Shown: one piece after another, positions 20,874-31,024 of the stretch | How positions within the stretch are numbered: the stretch's first letter is position 1 | Layout of the letters: every line of letters starts with the position of its first letter | Origin: Candidatus Bathyarchaeota archaeon | GTDB lineage: Archaea > Thermoproteota > Bathyarchaeia > Bathyarchaeales > Bathycorpusculaceae | Length of the DNA: 64,000 nucleotides | Direction of reading: 5' to 3' | NCBI GenBank assembly: GCA_963775685.1 | Contig: CAVZJV010000001.1 | Span: forward strand, 32,001-96,000 | Position numbers and translations under genes: made by a program | Notes under the pieces: generated by a model | What the model saw: the letters and a program-made list of their open reading frames with translations, nothing else | Databases searched by the model: none | Told to the model about the DNA's origin: nothing

Positions 20874-22838
20874 ATGGGTACTTGTAAAGAGAAGCCAGAA
20901 AAGAAAACAGGGGTTAAAGGTGAAGGGATAGAAAACAAGCGAACTCTTGTTGCGTTTGCTGTTTGGCTAGGCGTAACCATCCTTGTCAGCGGTTTACTGG
21001 ATCTGTTTGCTAAAGGTTTGCCGCTTGGCTTTACCATGCCAATTCTTAATATCCCCGCTACTTTGTCTATGATTCTTTACTACTTTTCAATCCTGACAGC
21101 TGCAAGCTATATTGGCGTAGTCGGCTTGAAGGAGCTGGTTTTGGAGAAACGCTTCAGCGTAGAGTTCCTCATGGCAGTTGCTGGATTAGGTGCACTTTTC
21201 CTTGACTACAGATTTGAGGCCGCAACCGTTCTGTTCCTCTACTGCTTAGCAGAATACTTTGAAGGCTACATCCAAGACAGAGCCAAGAGAACCGTTGAGA
21301 AGATATCCAGAGTTATACCTGAAAACGCAAGAATCCTAAGCGAAGGCACAGAAAAAAGCGTTAAAGTGAACGAAGTGGAAACTGGAGCAATTCTGCTCGT
21401 TAAGCCAGGAGAAAGAATCCCTCTAGATGGCAACGTAATTAATGGATTCTCGCATGTTGATCAGGCTTTGGTTACCGGCGAGTCAGTGCCCGTACCCAAA
21501 AGGGTAAACGACTGCGTGTTCGCTGGCACACAAAATACGACAGGAGTTCTCAAAATCACCGTTACTAAGAAATCCACAGAAACCCTGGTTTCTCGTATTG
21601 TTCAGCTTGTGATGGAGTCCCAAAAAAGAAAAGCATCAATAGAAACGTTGGTGGACAGGTTTGCTAAGATTTATGTGCCGATAGTGATTGCACTTGCCGT
21701 TTTCACCGCTGGAGCCTTACCGTACCTTTTGGGAGGAACCTTCCAAACCTGGTTCTACCGATCACTAATACTGCTGGTGGTTTCTTGCCCAAGCGCATTC
21801 ATCATTTCCGTGCCAGCAACAATTTTTATAGCTATAACAATTGCCGCAAAACGCGGTGTAATAATTAAGGGTGGAGTTTTCATTGAAAAACTTGCTCGAG
21901 TTAAGCATGTTGTTTTTGACAAAACGGGCACATTAACTCTTGGTCGGCAATCCGTTCACGAAATTAGGCGACCAGATAATTCTAAAGCTGAAGATGAAGC
22001 ACTAACTTACGCTGCGGCTTTGGATCAGTTTTCCAACCACCCAGTTGCCCAGGCTATCGTACGGAAGGCTATGGAACGCGGTATTGACCTTAGCAAAGTA
22101 AAAGTCACCGATGTTTTGGAGGTTCCAGGAAAAGGCATCGTGGGCATAGTGAACGGCAAACACGTAGCTATTGGCAATTTGGAGTTTATGCGTGAGTTAG
22201 GCTGTGATTGCACAGAAGCCTTTGAGGTAAGCGCAGGTGACGCCCACACTGCAATCTGTGTTTCGGTTGGCAAGACGGGCTTGGCAGCAGTTTGTGTGGT
22301 TGACCAGGTCCGCGAAGACGCCCTGGTTGCAATTCGTTCTTTAAAAAAGGCAAATATCAAGACAACTATGTTAACCGGAGATAGGAAAGAGATTGCAAAC
22401 GAAACAGCACACACATTAGGCATTGACGATTTTCAGTCGGAACTATTTCCTGAAGACAAGCTCAAATGCATCGAGGATATGAAGGGTAAAGATGGGCTTG
22501 TGGCTATGGTAGGTGACGGAGTAAATGATGCTCCTGCGCTTGCTGCTTCAGACGTTGGAATTGCAATGGGCGCACATGGCGTAGACATTGCGCTAGAATC
22601 CGCAGACGTTGTTTTAGTGAAAGATGAACTTGCCCAAATTCCCTACCTGCTAAAGTTAAGCGACAAAACAATGACCATAGCGAAACAAAACATTGCCGCA
22701 TCACTGGTTATAAAGTTGATTTTGGGTGCTTTGGGTTTAATGGGTTTGACACCACTCTGGTTTACAGTTGCCTCAGGCGACGATGGCGTTACTATGTTAC
22801 TTCTGCTCAATACATTACGGCTTGAAAGAATAAAATAA
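20874..22838 (+). CDS. Heavy-metal translocating P1B-type ATPase
   Basis: TGES, SCPS, DKTGTLT, HP, MVGDGVNDAP motifs. Confidence 0.95.
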   Translation: MGTCKEKPEKKTGVKGEGIENKRTLVAFAVWLGVTILVSGLLDLFAKGLPLGFTMPILNIPATLSMILYYFSILTAASYIGVVGLKELVLEKRFSVEFLMAVAGLGALFLDYRFEAATVLFLYCLAEYFEGYIQDRAKRTVEKISRVIPENARILSEGTEKSVKVNEVETGAILLVKPGERIPLDGNVINGFSHVDQALVTGESVPVPKRVNDCVFAGTQNTTGVLKITVTKKSTETLVSRIVQLVMESQKRKASIETLVDRFAKIYVPIVIALAVFTAGALPYLLGGTFQTWFYRSLILLVVSCPSAFIISVPATIFIAITIAAKRGVIIKGGVFIEKLARVKHVVFDKTGTLTLGRQSVHEIRRPDNSKAEDEALTYAAALDQFSNHPVAQAIVRKAMERGIDLSKVKVTDVLEVPGKGIVGIVNGKHVAIGNLEFMRELGCDCTEAFEVSAGDAHTAICVSVGKTGLAAVCVVDQVREDALVAIRSLKKANIKTTMLTGDRKEIANETAHTLGIDDFQSELFPEDKLKCIEDMKGKDGLVAMVGDGVNDAPALAASDVGIAMGAHGVDIALESADVVLVKDELAQIPYLLKLSDKTMTIAKQNIAASLVIKLILGALGLMGLTPLWFTVASGDDGVTMLLLLNTLRLERIK

Positions 22839-23052
22839 CCTACGCTTATCTTAGCCGCTATTTTTTCAATGGACCCCTATTAATAGTTAGATTGGCCGTT
22901 TAGAAAGTCACAAACGCCCGCGTTGTCCTATCAACCTTTGCTTATTGCAACCAATTGTCAAAAGGTACTTGGTTGGAAGAGCCCATTTTAGTTCATCTAG
23001 CAGTTGACTTGATCTATGAAATATTAATAAGTCCAAAAGCTCGACTTAACTT

Positions 23053-23577
23053 ATGCCTAAAAAGTCAAAGGCTTACCCTGAGCCTCATTCAAAGGGGCAA
23101 CGAAAATCCTTACCTAAAAAGACTAAACCTAAAGCTCAACCAAAAAAGGTAAACATATTAAAAAGCAAATATTACTGGGCGACTTTGACTGTGATTATTC
23201 TTATTTTTGCCGTTGCTGTAGGATATTTAGCGCAAATTTCTCTAGTTAAGGAGTTACTGATGTTAGGCACATTATTTTCGGTGATAGGTTTGGCATTTTA
23301 TATCGGGTTTAAATCCTCTGAGGGTTACAGCAAAAGAGCAACTTTCTTTTTTGTTGGAGCATCCATCATTGGCTTTGGCATTTGGGCTGTGATGGTACTT
23401 TCCTTTAATGCAACCGGGCTGACCGCTCAAATTTCAAGTTCAATCGGTATCGACTTCTTTGTTATAACAAGCCTGATAATCTGCTTAGCTTTTGGAGCAT
23501 TAATCGGTGACTTGATAGGTAAAAATAGGGAAACTATCGAGATTTTCGTTGATAAAATCCGGAATAAATTGTATTAG
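23053..23577 (+). CDS. Hypothetical 4-TM membrane protein with basic N-terminus
   Basis: Four hydrophobic segments and a Lys-rich leader. Confidence 0.65.
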   Translation: MPKKSKAYPEPHSKGQRKSLPKKTKPKAQPKKVNILKSKYYWATLTVIILIFAVAVGYLAQISLVKELLMLGTLFSVIGLAFYIGFKSSEGYSKRATFFFVGASIIGFGIWAVMVLSFNATGLTAQISSSIGIDFFVITSLIICLAFGALIGDLIGKNRETIEIFVDKIRNKLY

Positions 23578-23682
23578 TTTGCAGAAAAAGACTAATGGAA
23601 ACAATTGGTCTACGCTTCCCCAGAAACTTTAAGAGCACAGTCCTTCAGCATGTTCTAAGACCAACGTAAGGACCGACTACCA

Positions 23683-24561
23683 TTGAAATTTGGAATAATG
23701 ACAAGGAATCCAGAGGCATGGAGCAGCACTCAGGTTCGAGAAGCGCTAACCAAACGAGCCATCCGGTACGAATGTTTCACTTTTCCACGCCTCGTGGCAC
23801 GTCTCGCTTACAGACCTTACTTTAAAGTTAACGGCACTAGCATACTGGACGAGTTAGATGCTTTGATTATTCGTCCGATTGGACGTGGCTCACTAGAGGA
23901 ACTAGTTTTTCGTATGGATATGTTATACAAGCTGGAACGTCAAGGCTTCTACATGGTAAATCCACCCACAGCCATCGAGCACTGCGTCGACAAATATGAC
24001 ATCTTGGCGCTTCTGGAGGACATTGGCGTTCCTGTACCTCGCACCTTAGCCACCGAAAGCGTAAATGAAGCCATAAAAGCATTCCATGAACTAGGCGGCG
24101 ACATAGTCGTCAAACCCATATTTGGCTCACGCGGAAAAGGAGCCACCCGGGTAAACGACATAGACATCGCCGACACAGTCTTTAAAGCCATAACCTTCCA
24201 CCATGGCGTAATCTATATGCAAGAATTTGTTCCTCATGGAACTTCAGACATACGCGCCTTTGTTATCGGCAACCAGGTTGTTGCCTCAATGCGAAGAGTT
24301 GCTACAGGATGGAAAACCAACTACAGCCAAGGAGCCAAACCTGCTCCTGCAAAAATCAGTAAAGAATTTGGAGAAATAGCCATAAAATCCGCTAAAGCTG
24401 TGGGCTGCAAAATCGCCGGGGTGGACATTCTTGAGGGCCCAGATGGACCACGCATTGTGGATGTGAATAGTCAGCCGGGTTGGAAAGGCTTGCAGGTAGT
24501 TGCGAAAGTTAACATCGCCGAAGAAATAGTCAACTTTGTGCTAAAAGAACTCAAAAAGTAA
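23683..24561 (+). CDS. RimK-family ATP-grasp glutamate ligase (MptN/CofF-like)
   Basis: VPRT, KPIFGSRGKG, QEFV, DIRAFV, WKTNYSQG, GVDI, DVNSQPGW. Confidence 0.88.
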   Translation: MKFGIMTRNPEAWSSTQVREALTKRAIRYECFTFPRLVARLAYRPYFKVNGTSILDELDALIIRPIGRGSLEELVFRMDMLYKLERQGFYMVNPPTAIEHCVDKYDILALLEDIGVPVPRTLATESVNEAIKAFHELGGDIVVKPIFGSRGKGATRVNDIDIADTVFKAITFHHGVIYMQEFVPHGTSDIRAFVIGNQVVASMRRVATGWKTNYSQGAKPAPAKISKEFGEIAIKSAKAVGCKIAGVDILEGPDGPRIVDVNSQPGWKGLQVVAKVNIAEEIVNFVLKELKK

Positions 24562-25560
24562 CTATTTTCCAGAAAGAATTCGTGTGTAGGGGTCGTCAGC
24601 TATCTGGGGGAACGGCGCTTCTTTTCCTTTCTTAATTAGAATCCGTTCTGTATTCTCTGTGAATTCACCCAAAAAATAAGCCGAAAGCTCATTCTTCCTT
24701 AATGCGGCTTTCACTTTTTCTTGCGCTTCAGGCTTCACGGCTGCCAAAATCGTTCCCGTCGAAGACAAAGCCAGCATTTGGTCATCGGTGAGGTTGAAAT
24801 GGTTTTTTAGCTCATAAACTTCCTTTGAAACTGGAACTTTATCCAAATCCACCCTAAACCCAACTTTTGACGCCAAAGCCAACTCGTTTAGCGCCGCCAC
24901 AAACCCACCTTCCGTTGCATCATGCATCGCATGCACTCCCTCAATCTCGATGAGTTGGAGAGCTTCTTTTACGCAACTTTGCAAGTAGACCAGTTTTTCG
25001 AGCGCGCCTTGTTCGTCAACACCAAAGAGCGCCTGGGCTTTTTCCTTGTGGTTGAGCGAGAAGTTGGTGATTGTTTCTAAACCAAGCGGCTTAGTGCACA
25101 AGATCAAGTCATCTGACTTAGCGTTTCCCGGCGTAATCAACTTCGTGGGTTCTAAGGTTCCGTAAACGGTGCAGACTCCGAGCGGTTCTTTGAGGCTACC
25201 GTACATACCTGTGTGCCCGCGGACGATGGCTATCCCTAATTCGTCGGCAGCGCTGCAGGTTTGTTTCATGATCTTTTGGAAGACTTCAGCTTTGGTTCCT
25301 ATCGGTCCAAGAAGGTTAATGGTGCAAAATTCAGGTTTAGCCCCAAATAGCGCCACATCGGAGGCGGCATAATTAATCATTAGCCACCCAAACCAGTTTT
25401 CAGAAACCCCCGTGCATGGGTCCGTTGCAACCGCCACGTACTTGCCATGTAAAAGGTGAACCCCTGCATCATACCCAATCATAGGTGGGATGATAACTCG
25501 GAAATCTTTTTTTATGCAATTTAGCATTTTCTCTAAGTCTTTGCCGGCTAGTTTTCCCAT
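24562..25560 (-). CDS. AIR synthase-related (PurM/ThiL/HypE superfamily) protein
   Basis: GYDAG, ATDP, ASDVA, GHTG and AMHDATEGG motifs; overlaps the thiT stop (TAATG). Confidence 0.85.
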   Translation of the reverse strand: MGKLAGKDLEKMLNCIKKDFRVIIPPMIGYDAGVHLLHGKYVAVATDPCTGVSENWFGWLMINYAASDVALFGAKPEFCTINLLGPIGTKAEVFQKIMKQTCSAADELGIAIVRGHTGMYGSLKEPLGVCTVYGTLEPTKLITPGNAKSDDLILCTKPLGLETITNFSLNHKEKAQALFGVDEQGALEKLVYLQSCVKEALQLIEIEGVHAMHDATEGGFVAALNELALASKVGFRVDLDKVPVSKEVYELKNHFNLTDDQMLALSSTGTILAAVKPEAQEKVKAALRKNELSAYFLGEFTENTERILIKKGKEAPFPQIADDPYTRILSGK

Positions 25561-26096
25561 TACATGTATGCCTTCAACACATTGCTCTTATGTAGTAAGT
25601 AGATAAAGAAAACGCTAATTATCAACTCGGGCAGCATGTAACTTCCGTTGTAGATTGTTGAGTAAACCCAAGGATTCATTCCTGGAGGAGCGTAGCTTGC
25701 AAAGAAGAGTGCTCCTGAAATCAGATGCATAATAAATCTGCCTGTTATTGCAACAACCACGCCTACTAATGCATATTTCTTGAAGAAACCCGCTAACCCC
25801 AAGCAACCGAATGCTAAGGGGTAATCCAGCAAAATTTGAGTTGGGTAATATATTTGGGGCATAATCGCCAACTGCACCAACCCATAGATGACGCCTGTAA
25901 AGATGCCGATTTTTGGTCCTCTGCGCAGAGCCAGCCAAAGCATGGGCACCATTGAGCCTGCAGTAACGGATCCACCTTCTGGAAAAACGACGAATGTAAT
26001 AAGACTCAAGGCTGTGCTTAAGGCTGTAAAAATTGCTATTTCTGCGAGGATTTGAGTTCTGGGTTCAATTTTAGGTTTAGATGTATTGTGGTTCAT
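25560..26096 (-). CDS. thiT: Energy-coupling-factor thiamine S component ThiT
   Basis: PEGGSVT, LRRGPKIG, QILLDYPLAF, HLISGALFF, YSTIYNGSY; TPP riboswitch upstream places the start at ATG 26096. Confidence 0.9.
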   Translation of the reverse strand: MNHNTSKPKIEPRTQILAEIAIFTALSTALSLITFVVFPEGGSVTAGSMVPMLWLALRRGPKIGIFTGVIYGLVQLAIMPQIYYPTQILLDYPLAFGCLGLAGFFKKYALVGVVVAITGRFIMHLISGALFFASYAPPGMNPWVYSTIYNGSYMLPELIISVFFIYLLHKSNVLKAYM

Positions 26097-26099
26097 TTG

Positions 26100-26197
26100 T
26101 TTTCCCTCCGCCAGTATTACCTGGTTCAGGTTCCTAAGGGTCGACAGCAAACAGCCGTCCTCTCAGCCAGGTCATTTTCCCAGCTCCCCAAGAACTA
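26100..26197 (-). ncRNA. TPP (THI-box) riboswitch
   Basis: Minus strand reads GGGGAGCUGG...GGCUGAGA...GACCC UUAGGA ACCUGAACCAGGUAAUACUGGCGGAGGGAA, with the conserved TPP aptamer motifs (UGAGA, ACCUGA, UAAU loop, GCGnAGGGA). Confidence 0.93.
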
Positions 26198-26249
26198 TTG
26201 GGTAATGTTGCTTTGACTCATATTAGTTTTGCTAATAATTGCACTTTGT

Positions 26250-27068
26250 TTATTTGTTTTGAGTCGTGTCTTTTATTTTCATTTTATTCTTGTATGCAAA
26301 GATTGCTGCAATCGCCGAACCGGTTACGAAAACGGCGGCTATTAAGACTATTGAACTATTGTCCAAGCTTATTGATTGACCATTTTCGGTTTGTGGTTGA
26401 AGTGTTTGAGTGGGCTTAGAGTCGTTTGCGGGAGGAACAATTTGGTTTGTCGTGGAGTTATCAGGAATAGGTTGGGAAGTAGATTGCGTTTGTTTGGGAG
26501 TCATTGTGGGTGTAGGAAGTGCCTGTGTGTTTTCAAGGAGGTTTGTTATTAGATCGGCTCGCCCCCCCGATCCCGAGGCGGCGGCCGGTGAATCAACTTC
26601 ATTGTCGCCCATAGTTATGGAAACTATTTGAGCAATCCAAGATGCGCCGTTAACTCCTGGAAGGACCAAACGTAGCCCAGTTACTGGATCCCCGTCTTTT
26701 TGATAAGCTATAATCGTTTCTTGCGTCATAGCCAATTGAATGGGTATTGTGACCATGTAAGAGTCTGAAGCTGTAAATTGGATTGATTTTACTTCAGAGC
26801 TAACGTTTGCCTGTGTTAATATATAGCTGAGTTGCACTCCAGTCCAATCTCCACTGGCTACAAGGCTGCCATAACAGTAGAGTTCAGCATATAGAGTGGT
26901 TTGGGGCATTTCTGTAATTTGTTGATAAGTTAAGTTGTAGGTATCGTGTGATAGGTTTATTACTTCGATTGTGCTGTCGGCAATTGTTGTGGGTATGATG
27001 GTCATTAGCAGTACTGCCATAATTACCAATATTGGGATATATTGAACTTTCATCATCGTTCCATCCAC
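26250..27068 (-). CDS. Secreted, C-terminally anchored molybdopterin-binding (sulfite oxidase/YedY-like) domain protein
   Basis: Signal peptide, LYCYG, WTGV, ASDSY, IAYQKDG, LRLVLPG; Thr/Pro linker and TM tail. Confidence 0.75.
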   Translation of the reverse strand: MDGTMMKVQYIPILVIMAVLLMTIIPTTIADSTIEVINLSHDTYNLTYQQITEMPQTTLYAELYCYGSLVASGDWTGVQLSYILTQANVSSEVKSIQFTASDSYMVTIPIQLAMTQETIIAYQKDGDPVTGLRLVLPGVNGASWIAQIVSITMGDNEVDSPAAASGSGGRADLITNLLENTQALPTPTMTPKQTQSTSQPIPDNSTTNQIVPPANDSKPTQTLQPQTENGQSISLDNSSIVLIAAVFVTGSAIAAIFAYKNKMKIKDTTQNK

Positions 27069-27380
27069 ATATGCAATTATATGACATGTGTCATACTCTT
27101 AAAGTCTTCTCCAAAAACAGTAAGCTAAAGCCATTAACCTGTAAGAATACACATTACAGAAAACGACCCAAAGAAACTATTCAATTGACTTCAGTCAAAC
27201 AGCCGAAAAAAATAATTACCTCAAGAGGCTTGTTGCTTTTAAAAGATTTAGTGTTCTATAGCATGCTGTTGTTGCCAAAAAACCTCATATCACAACAACC
27301 AAACAAAATGCAGACAAAAAGCTCAAAAACACCTTGAGCAATCTACATTTAAATTAGATGTTGTAGTCCCCAAAACCCGC

Positions 27381-28469
27381 TTGATCTACTTAGATAACCT
27401 CAAAGTGTTCCTAATCATTCTTGTAATCCTAGTTCACTTAACGATAACTTACGGGCCTCCAACAGGCTTATGGCACTATCACGAAGGCACAGTAAGCATG
27501 CCAGAGGGCTTACTATACGTGTTTTTCCAAGTAATCTGCCAAGCGTTCTTTATGGGACTATTGTTCCTGCTCTCGGGCTATTTCACCCCTGCATCCTACG
27601 ACCGTAAAGGACAAGGACTATACATTGTGGATCGTCTATTGAGACTTGGAATCCCAATCTGAGCTTCATTTTCTTCATCGACCCCTTGATGCAGTTTGCG
27701 CTTAACGGCTTCCAAGGGTCGCTTCTAGGCTTCTTTGCTGCAAACCCTCTCGCAGGATTGGGATTTGGACCTCTGTGGTTTGTTGAGGCGTTGCTTTTCT
27801 TTGCCATAGCATTCATGGCTTGGCGAAGCCTCGCACTTAAACCTGCCAAAGCATATGGCACTCCAAAAAATCACGTCATCTTGCTCTTTGGCTTAATGCT
27901 CGGCGCAGTAACGTTTGTTACTAGACTTGTTTTTCCGGTTGGCTATGTTTTTGATTTACTCAACTTCCAGCTTCCCTTCTTTCCACAGTACATTGCATTG
28001 TTTGTAGTTGGGATAATAGGTTACAGAAACAATTGGATTCAAAGTATACTGAAAAGTACAGGCAGTTTTTGGGTTAGGGTCGCCATTTTGCTTTTGGCGT
28101 TATTGCCAATCATAATAATTGTCGGTGGCTCCAATGGCTACTTCAACCCCTTTTACGGCGGAATGTTTTGGCAGCCGGCGGCTTATGCATTTTGGGAACA
28201 ACTCTTCTGCGTCGCAGTGGTTGTTGGTTTAACGGTGTTTTTCCGAGAAAGACTGAACACCCAAAATCGGTTCACCAAAGCACTCTCTGATAGCTCATAC
28301 ACCGCATACATACTGCAAGCGCCCATACTCATCTATCTAGCTCTGGCATTGAAAAACATCCAGATGCCGCTTGCTAAAATTCGAGGTTGTAAGCCCCGTT
28401 GCTGTAGCGCTCTGTTTTCTGGTTGCTTTCTTGATTAGAAAAATTCCCAAAGTAGACAAAGTCCTTTAA
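27381..28469 (+). pseudogene. Acyltransferase-3 (OpgC/MdoC-like) membrane acyltransferase, frameshifted near 27660 and 28370
   Basis: YLDNLKV..LVH, FFMGLLFLLSGYF, RLLRLGIP, GPLWFV, SYTAYI motifs spread over three frames. Confidence 0.8.
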
Positions 28470-28540
28470 TCCCAGCTTGAGCGTAACACTTAAACAGTCA
28501 ATAGACCTTACCAGATGAAAAGTTACGGAGTCAACTAATC

Positions 28541-31024
28541 ATGCAACCTATGCCTAAGGAATACAATTTTTCTGAAATTGAGCGGAAATGGCAGATCAAA
28601 TGGGAAGAAATCGGCATCTACCACTACGACTGGAATGACAAAGAGCGCCTTCCTTTCAGCATTGACACGCCGCCGCCTTACCCGTCGGGCGAGTTGCACA
28701 TGGGCAATGTTTTAAACTGGACCTATTTTGATATGGTTGCCCGCTTCAAACGCATGCAAGGCTTCAACGTGCTGTTCCCGCAGGGTTGGGACTGCCATGG
28801 ATTAGGCATAGAAATTCAAGTGGAAAAAGCCAAAAACATCCGCAAACGTGATGTCCCACCTGATCAGTTTCGCTCATGGTGCATCGAACTGGTCGAAAAA
28901 TACATCGTCATGATGAAAGAAGGCATCCTTAAGATGGGAGCTAGCATCGATTGGACCACCGAATACAAAACGATGAACCCGGACTATTGGCGCCGCACAC
29001 AACTGAGCTTTGTTTTGCTGCACAAGAAAGGTTACATGTACCGGGGCACACATCCGGTGAATTGGTGTACCAGAGACGAAACTGCCATCGCCGACGCTGA
29101 AGTTGACCATGTAAAGAAAGAGGGGGTCCTCCATTACATTCGTTTTAACCTTGAAGGAAGTAGCGAATACCTGCTCATCGCGACGTCACGTCCTGAATTC
29201 ATACCTGCATGCGTCGCAGTGGAAGTTAACCCCAAAGACGAACGCTACAACAAGTACATTAATAGAAAAATCTCTGTGCCGCTGATGAACCGTGAAGTGA
29301 CAGTTATCGCTGAGGAATCAGTTGATCCATGCTTTGGTACGGGGGTTGTCCAGATTTGCACGTACGGCGATAAAGAAGACGTGAAGACAGTCATAAAACA
29401 TAAACTCCCAGTCATTCGACTTTTAAAGGAAAATGGGCAAATCAGCGAGGCAGGCTGCAAATACGCAGGGTTATACGTTAACCAAGCACGCGCAGCTATC
29501 GTCGCAGACTTAGCAACCGCTGGATTGCTGGAAAAATCGGAGAAGATCCAGCATGAAGTCGGAGTTTGTGACCGCTGCAAAGCCCAAGTCGAAATCCTCG
29601 AGGTTAAACAGTGGTTCATGAAAACCATGCCTCTCTCCGAAGCAATAGAGAAGAACGCTAACGAAATCCCCTGGTACCCCGACTACATGAAAAACCGCCT
29701 CATCGATTGGACCCGCGCCCTGGATTGGGATTGGGTGGTTAGCCGCCAACGCTTATTCGCCACGCCGATTCCGGTGTGGTACTGCAAGAGCTGCGGCGAA
29801 GTCCTTGTTGCCCTGGAAAGCTGGGTGCCAATTGATCCCCGAATGGAAAAACCTAAAGTTGAGGCGTGCCCTAGGTGCGGCGGAACCGACTTTGCAGGCG
29901 AAACCGATGTGCTCGACACATGGATGGATTCGTCAATTACCTGTGCTGTCCATGCTGGTTGGCCTGACCGGGCTGACTGGAAGCACCTGTTCCCCGCAAG
30001 CATGCATCCCTCAGGCACAGATATCATCCGAACATGGGCATACTACCTCATGGTACGTCACCTCGCACTTTTCGATGAGCGCCCATTCAACAGTGTCCTG
30101 ATAAACGGCATGGTACTTGGCGCTGACGGCAGAAAAATGAGTAAATCCCTGAAGAACTATGTTGCAGCACCTGAAGTACTCAACAAAAGCGGCGCAGACG
30201 CAACTCGGCAGTGGGCAGCTGGCGGAGGCGCAACAGGTTCAGATATTCCTTTCCGCGCCCAAGACGTTGAATACGGCAGACGCTTCCTAGTTAAGCTCTG
30301 GAACGTTACAGGGTTCGCAAGCAACCTACTTGCGGACTACAACCCAAAAGCCAACGCTGAAGTGGAACTGCAACTGCTCGACAAATGGATCCTTAGCAAA
30401 ACTGAGAACATAATAAAGAAAATTACTGACGCATTTGAGAAATGCCAATTCAACATCGCCGTTGAAGACATACGCAACTTCACCTGGCACGTGTTCTGCG
30501 ACTACTACATTGAATCGGTAAAAGACCGACTTTACCGTCAAGAACCCGAAAGTTCAGCGAAAAGACGAGCCGCACAGCAGACCTTATACAACGTTTTATA
30601 CAAGATTCTGCAGCTACTAGCTCCGATAACTCCCCACTTAACTGAAGAAATCTACCAAAACATGTACGCTGAAGACAAAGGATTTAAAAGCTTACAGATT
30701 ACATCCTGGCCAAAAATAGACAACGCTCTTGTCGATAAAACTGTTGAAGAGGAAGGGGATAAAGTCATGGCTTTAATTGAGGATGTGCGAAGAAAGAAAG
30801 CTGCACAAAAATTGGCGCTAAATACTCCAATTTTATCTCTTGAAGTCTATACTGGAAGTCAAACAAGTGCTGACATAATTATTTCAAGCAAAGAAGATAT
30901 CGCCGGCACTCTCAAAGTTGTAGGTGATTTCAACGTTGTTACCAAAGCCGGTCAAGGACAAGAAGTGCCGATGTTTCCGGGAGTAATTCCCGTCGCTGTC
31001 TTTGGGGCGGTAACTAAAAAATGA
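28541..31024 (+). CDS. valS: Valyl-tRNA synthetase
   Basis: DTPPPYPSGELHMGN (HIGH), GTGVVQICT, DWVVSRQR, DTWMDSS, KMSKS. Confidence 0.97.
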   Translation: MQPMPKEYNFSEIERKWQIKWEEIGIYHYDWNDKERLPFSIDTPPPYPSGELHMGNVLNWTYFDMVARFKRMQGFNVLFPQGWDCHGLGIEIQVEKAKNIRKRDVPPDQFRSWCIELVEKYIVMMKEGILKMGASIDWTTEYKTMNPDYWRRTQLSFVLLHKKGYMYRGTHPVNWCTRDETAIADAEVDHVKKEGVLHYIRFNLEGSSEYLLIATSRPEFIPACVAVEVNPKDERYNKYINRKISVPLMNREVTVIAEESVDPCFGTGVVQICTYGDKEDVKTVIKHKLPVIRLLKENGQISEAGCKYAGLYVNQARAAIVADLATAGLLEKSEKIQHEVGVCDRCKAQVEILEVKQWFMKTMPLSEAIEKNANEIPWYPDYMKNRLIDWTRALDWDWVVSRQRLFATPIPVWYCKSCGEVLVALESWVPIDPRMEKPKVEACPRCGGTDFAGETDVLDTWMDSSITCAVHAGWPDRADWKHLFPASMHPSGTDIIRTWAYYLMVRHLALFDERPFNSVLINGMVLGADGRKMSKSLKNYVAAPEVLNKSGADATRQWAAGGGATGSDIPFRAQDVEYGRRFLVKLWNVTGFASNLLADYNPKANAEVELQLLDKWILSKTENIIKKITDAFEKCQFNIAVEDIRNFTWHVFCDYYIESVKDRLYRQEPESSAKRRAAQQTLYNVLYKILQLLAPITPHLTEEIYQNMYAEDKGFKSLQITSWPKIDNALVDKTVEEEGDKVMALIEDVRRKKAAQKLALNTPILSLEVYTGSQTSADIIISSKEDIAGTLKVVGDFNVVTKAGQGQEVPMFPGVIPVAVFGAVTKK

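Noticed and set aside
26097-26150. N-terminal extension of ThiT
   Set aside because: It lies within the riboswitch aptamer; the real start is 26096.
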